Assembly (NCBI GenBank): GCA_003009755.1
Contig: PXUB01000032.1
Location: forward strand, 65,408 to 129,407
Origin: Thermoplasmatales archaeon SW_10_69_26
GTDB lineage: Archaea > Thermoplasmatota > SW-10-69-26
Direction of reading: 5' to 3'
Length of the DNA stretch: 64,000 bases
Shown: in pieces, positions 61,073 to 64,000 of the stretch
Layout of the letters: each line of letters opens with the position of its first letter
How positions within the stretch are numbered: the stretch's first letter is position 1
Notes under the pieces: generated by a model
Database searches by the model: none
What the model was told of the DNA's origin: nothing
Seen by the model: the letters and a program-made list of their open reading frames with translations, nothing else
Position numbers and translations under genes: made by a program

Positions 61073-62854
61073 ATGGCCGGCGATCTGCTCGTCTCCCTGG
61101 TTTTGATCCTCGTCGCCGGCGTCGGAGCCTCGTGGCTGGCCTGGCGGCTCGAGCTCCCCTCGATCCTGCTGCTCCTCGTCACGGGGTTCCTGATCGGCCC
61201 CGTCGCGGGCTGGCTGCACCCCGACCAACTGTTCGGGGATCTGTTGTTGCCGGTCGTCTCGTTCTCGGTCGCCGTCATCCTCTTCGAAGGCGGGCTCACC
61301 CTCCAGACGATCGAGCTCGAGGAGGTCGGCAGCGTCGTCCGCAACCTCGTCACCGTCGGCGTCCTCGTCACCTGGGCCGTGACCACGGCGGGCGCCTACC
61401 TGTTGCTCGACCTCGGGTTGAACCTCTCCCTGCTCCTGGGAGCGATCCTCGTCGTGACGGGACCCACCGTCATCATCCCGCTTTTGCGCCATCTGCGCCC
61501 GAAGGCCAACGTCTCGACCACGCTCAAGTGGGAGGGGATCTTGATCGACCCGATCGGGGTCATCCTGAGCGTCGGGGTGTTCCGGGCGATCCTCGCCGGC
61601 GGCCTCACGGCGTCCGGCTTCGCCCTCGTCTACACGATCGCGAAAGCGCTCGCCATCGGGGTGGTTTTCGGCATCGGGGGAGCCATCCTGACCTACGTGG
61701 CCCTCAAGCGGAACTGGGTTCCCGACGTCCTGCACAGCCCGATGACGCTGGCCGTCGTCGGCGTGGTGTTCGTGAGCGCCGAGACCCTCCAACCCGAGGC
61801 GGGCCTGGTGGCCGCGACCGTCATGGGGGCCGTGCTCGCCAATCGCGAGGACTTCGCCAAGCGTCACATCATGGAGTTCAAGGAGACGCTGCGCACCCTG
61901 CTCATCGGGTTCCTGTTCATCGTGCTCGCGGCCCGACTGGACCTGTCCGACCTCAGCGTCGTCGGGCCCTCATCGCTTGTGTTCCTCGCCGTCCTGTTCT
62001 TCCTCGCCCGGCCGCTGGCCGTCTGGGTGTCCACGATCGGATCCGATCTCGACTGGCGCGAGCGGACGTTCCTGACCACGATGGCGCCCCGCGGCATCGT
62101 GGCCGCCGCCATCGCGTCGGTGTTCGCTCTCCAGCTCGTGGAACGGGGCTATCCTGGGGCCGACCGGTTGGTCGCGATCACGTTCCTCGTCATCGTGGCG
62201 ACCGTCGGCGTTTACGGGTTCGTCGCCGGCCCGATCGGACGCCGGCTGGGCGTGGCGGAGCCGAACCCGCAGGGCGTGTTGATCGTCGGTGCCCAGCGGT
62301 GGGCCCGCGAGATGGCCACCACGCTGCAGGGCCTCGGGTTGCGCATCCTCTTGGTGGACACGAACCGGCACAACTTGCGGGCCGCCCGCAGCAAAGGGCT
62401 GGACACGCACGCCGGCAACAGCCTCGACCGCGGCATGCTGGACGACGTCGACTTCGCGGGCCTCGGGCACTTGCTCGCGGTCACGCCCAACGACGAGGTG
62501 AACTCCTTGACGGTCCTCCACTTCCAGGAGATCTTCGAGCGGTCGAACACCTACCAGCTGACCGCCAGCGAGGCCGAGGAACGCGATGCCCACGTTCCGC
62601 TGAAGCTCCGTGGCCGTGTCCTCTTCGACGAGACGGTCACCGGCGAGGGTCTGCGCGACCTCGTGCGCGAGGGCTGGACGTTCCACGCCCGGGAGGTCGA
62701 GGAGAGCGAGGAGCTGGAGGGCTTCGGGACCGGACCCTATCCGCTGTTCGTCTACACCGCCGACGGGCGCCTTCGCCCGATCACGTCCGACAACACCCCC
62801 ACGCCCGAAGCCGGCGACCGCGTGATCGAGCTCCGGTCCCCCGACGATCAGTAG
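61073..62854 (+). CDS. Second CPA antiporter with RCK domain; tandem paralogue of 59222-61033
   Basis: Same architecture and roughly half identical residues (…ILFEGGLTLQTIEL…, VLIVGAQRWAREMATTLQGLGLRILLVDTNRHNLRAARS). Confidence 0.85.
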   Translation: MAGDLLVSLVLILVAGVGASWLAWRLELPSILLLLVTGFLIGPVAGWLHPDQLFGDLLLPVVSFSVAVILFEGGLTLQTIELEEVGSVVRNLVTVGVLVTWAVTTAGAYLLLDLGLNLSLLLGAILVVTGPTVIIPLLRHLRPKANVSTTLKWEGILIDPIGVILSVGVFRAILAGGLTASGFALVYTIAKALAIGVVFGIGGAILTYVALKRNWVPDVLHSPMTLAVVGVVFVSAETLQPEAGLVAATVMGAVLANREDFAKRHIMEFKETLRTLLIGFLFIVLAARLDLSDLSVVGPSSLVFLAVLFFLARPLAVWVSTIGSDLDWRERTFLTTMAPRGIVAAAIASVFALQLVERGYPGADRLVAITFLVIVATVGVYGFVAGPIGRRLGVAEPNPQGVLIVGAQRWAREMATTLQGLGLRILLVDTNRHNLRAARSKGLDTHAGNSLDRGMLDDVDFAGLGHLLAVTPNDEVNSLTVLHFQEIFERSNTYQLTASEAEERDAHVPLKLRGRVLFDETVTGEGLRDLVREGWTFHAREVEESEELEGFGTGPYPLFVYTADGRLRPITSDNTPTPEAGDRVIELRSPDDQ

Positions 62855-64000
62855 GCCAACCGCTCGAAGATCCGCCGGACGAACCCGGCCTCGCGGTCGC
62901 CCGAGTCGACGATCAACAGCGGCGCATCGATCTGGCGGATCTGATCGCTCGAGAGGTTCTCGATCCCGGCGCTGAACCCCGACGTGCGGCGTGAGCCGAT
63001 GACGAGCGAGGCCTCCTTGATCGCGTCCGGGAGCTCGGTCCAGTCCTCGTCCACGCGCACGATCCGCGTGTCGGTCGAGACCTCGCAGAGGTCGGCCAGC
63101 TCGTCACCGTAGGCGTACAGCGAGGCCTCGCGCTGCTCGGCGAGCTCGTCCTCGGCGACGAGCAGGAACCGGATCGAGGCGCCGGTGGACTTCGCGATCG
63201 CGTTCGCCATCTGCACCTTCGTCGGATCGAGCGGTCCTCGGCCGGTGACCACCTCGACCAGCTCGAGGTCCGGCCAGCTGTCGCCGGGCCCGTGGCGGAG
63301 GAGGATCGTGTTCACCGAGCGAGCCTCGCCGTCGTACGTCCAGCTCACGATCGGGTTCCGGCCGCGGTCGTCGGCCTCGGCCACCACGAGCCCGATGTTG
63401 TGACTCTCGACGTAGTTCCGTAGCGCCCGACGCCGGTCGTGGCTGACGACCTCGCCGATGGTGACGTCGATCTCCCTCCCCTCGGCGATGCGCCCCACCC
63501 GCTCCTCGAAGGCGATGTCCTCCGGCGTCTGGTCGCGCGCGGCCAGATCCAGCGACAGCTGATCGGGCACCTCTTCGAACGCGAGGATCCGGATGTCCGT
63601 CTCGGCACCGTCTCGCACGTCGTGGGCCAGCTGGAGGAGATCTTTTAACCGCTGGTCGGGGATCGTCTCCTCCACCGCGATCAGGACCTCGGCCGGCCGC
63701 TGGGCCGATATCTCCGTCTCGGCCTCCTCCAGGTGGATCGAGCGTGCCCCCCGGCGGATGGCGTCCCGACCCACGCCCTCGCGCTTGGTGCGATCGCGAG
63801 CGTAGAACTGGTAGTAGGCGGTCCCGGCGAGGATCAGGCCGACGGCGCCGACGAACGGGACGACGCCCATCTGGGTCAGCAGGACGATCCCGCCGACGAT
63901 CCCGACGAGCTGGACCCACGGGTACAACGGGGAGCGGAAGCTGGGTTCGTACCACTCGGCCTCGCCTTCCCGCATCGCGATCAGCGCGACGTTGATGAAC
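62848..64000 (-). CDS. C-terminal part of a transporter (last TM helices) fused to two universal-stress-protein (UspA) domains; gene continues beyond window end
   Basis: ...FINVALIAMREGEAEWYEPSFRSPLYPWVQLVGIVGGIVLLTQMGVVPFVGAVGLILAGTAYYQF... then two Usp-like alpha/beta units (...LLIVDSGDREAGFVRRIF...); open at 64000. Confidence 0.65.
   Translation of the reverse strand, partial: FINVALIAMREGEAEWYEPSFRSPLYPWVQLVGIVGGIVLLTQMGVVPFVGAVGLILAGTAYYQFYARDRTKREGVGRDAIRRGARSIHLEEAETEISAQRPAEVLIAVEETIPDQRLKDLLQLAHDVRDGAETDIRILAFEEVPDQLSLDLAARDQTPEDIAFEERVGRIAEGREIDVTIGEVVSHDRRRALRNYVESHNIGLVVAEADDRGRNPIVSWTYDGEARSVNTILLRHGPGDSWPDLELVEVVTGRGPLDPTKVQMANAIAKSTGASIRFLLVAEDELAEQREASLYAYGDELADLCEVSTDTRIVRVDEDWTELPDAIKEASLVIGSRRTSGFSAGIENLSSDQIRQIDAPLLIVDSGDREAGFVRRIFERLAY

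Overview
This 64-kb window is about 67% GC and reads as chromosome from a halophilic archaeon (class Halobacteria). The evidence is strongly acidic proteins, PGF-CTERM-like C-terminal anchors, the conserved archaeal rpoE'-spt4-DUF359-S24e-S27ae cluster, archaeal LonB, and AglB (WWDYG motif). Housekeeping genes include H+-pyrophosphatase, a co-directional folate cluster (folB-like, folP, folC, purN) and a thiolase with an HMGCS/DUF35-like partner. There are also Lhr- and Hef-type helicases, NadM, Prs, threonine aldolase, an AidB-like acyl-CoA dehydrogenase, dodecin, PCD, two tandem CPA antiporters with RCK domains, and gyrB. The window is rich in mobile and accessory DNA. An IS630-family element with a programmed A7 frameshift is present, together with two ~0.4-kb MITE derivatives that share its termini. 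An IS4/IS5-superfamily element and an IS1595-family element both carry frameshifted transposases. The IS630 element (24140) and the IS1595 element (36120-37345) bracket a ~13-kb accessory island next to tRNA-His; it holds the IS4/IS5 element, three very large secreted beta-rich proteins, and an overlapping wHTH plus nucleotidyltransferase gene pair that may be an AbiE-like toxin-antitoxin or defence module. A tRNA-Arg(TCG) gene sits inside an array of tandem repeats made of tRNA 5' and 3' fragments plus hairpins whose stems covary. gyrB has no adjacent gyrA and is followed by a diverged copy of its own 3' end. All annotation is by eye from the sequence and the ORF track; no searches were run.
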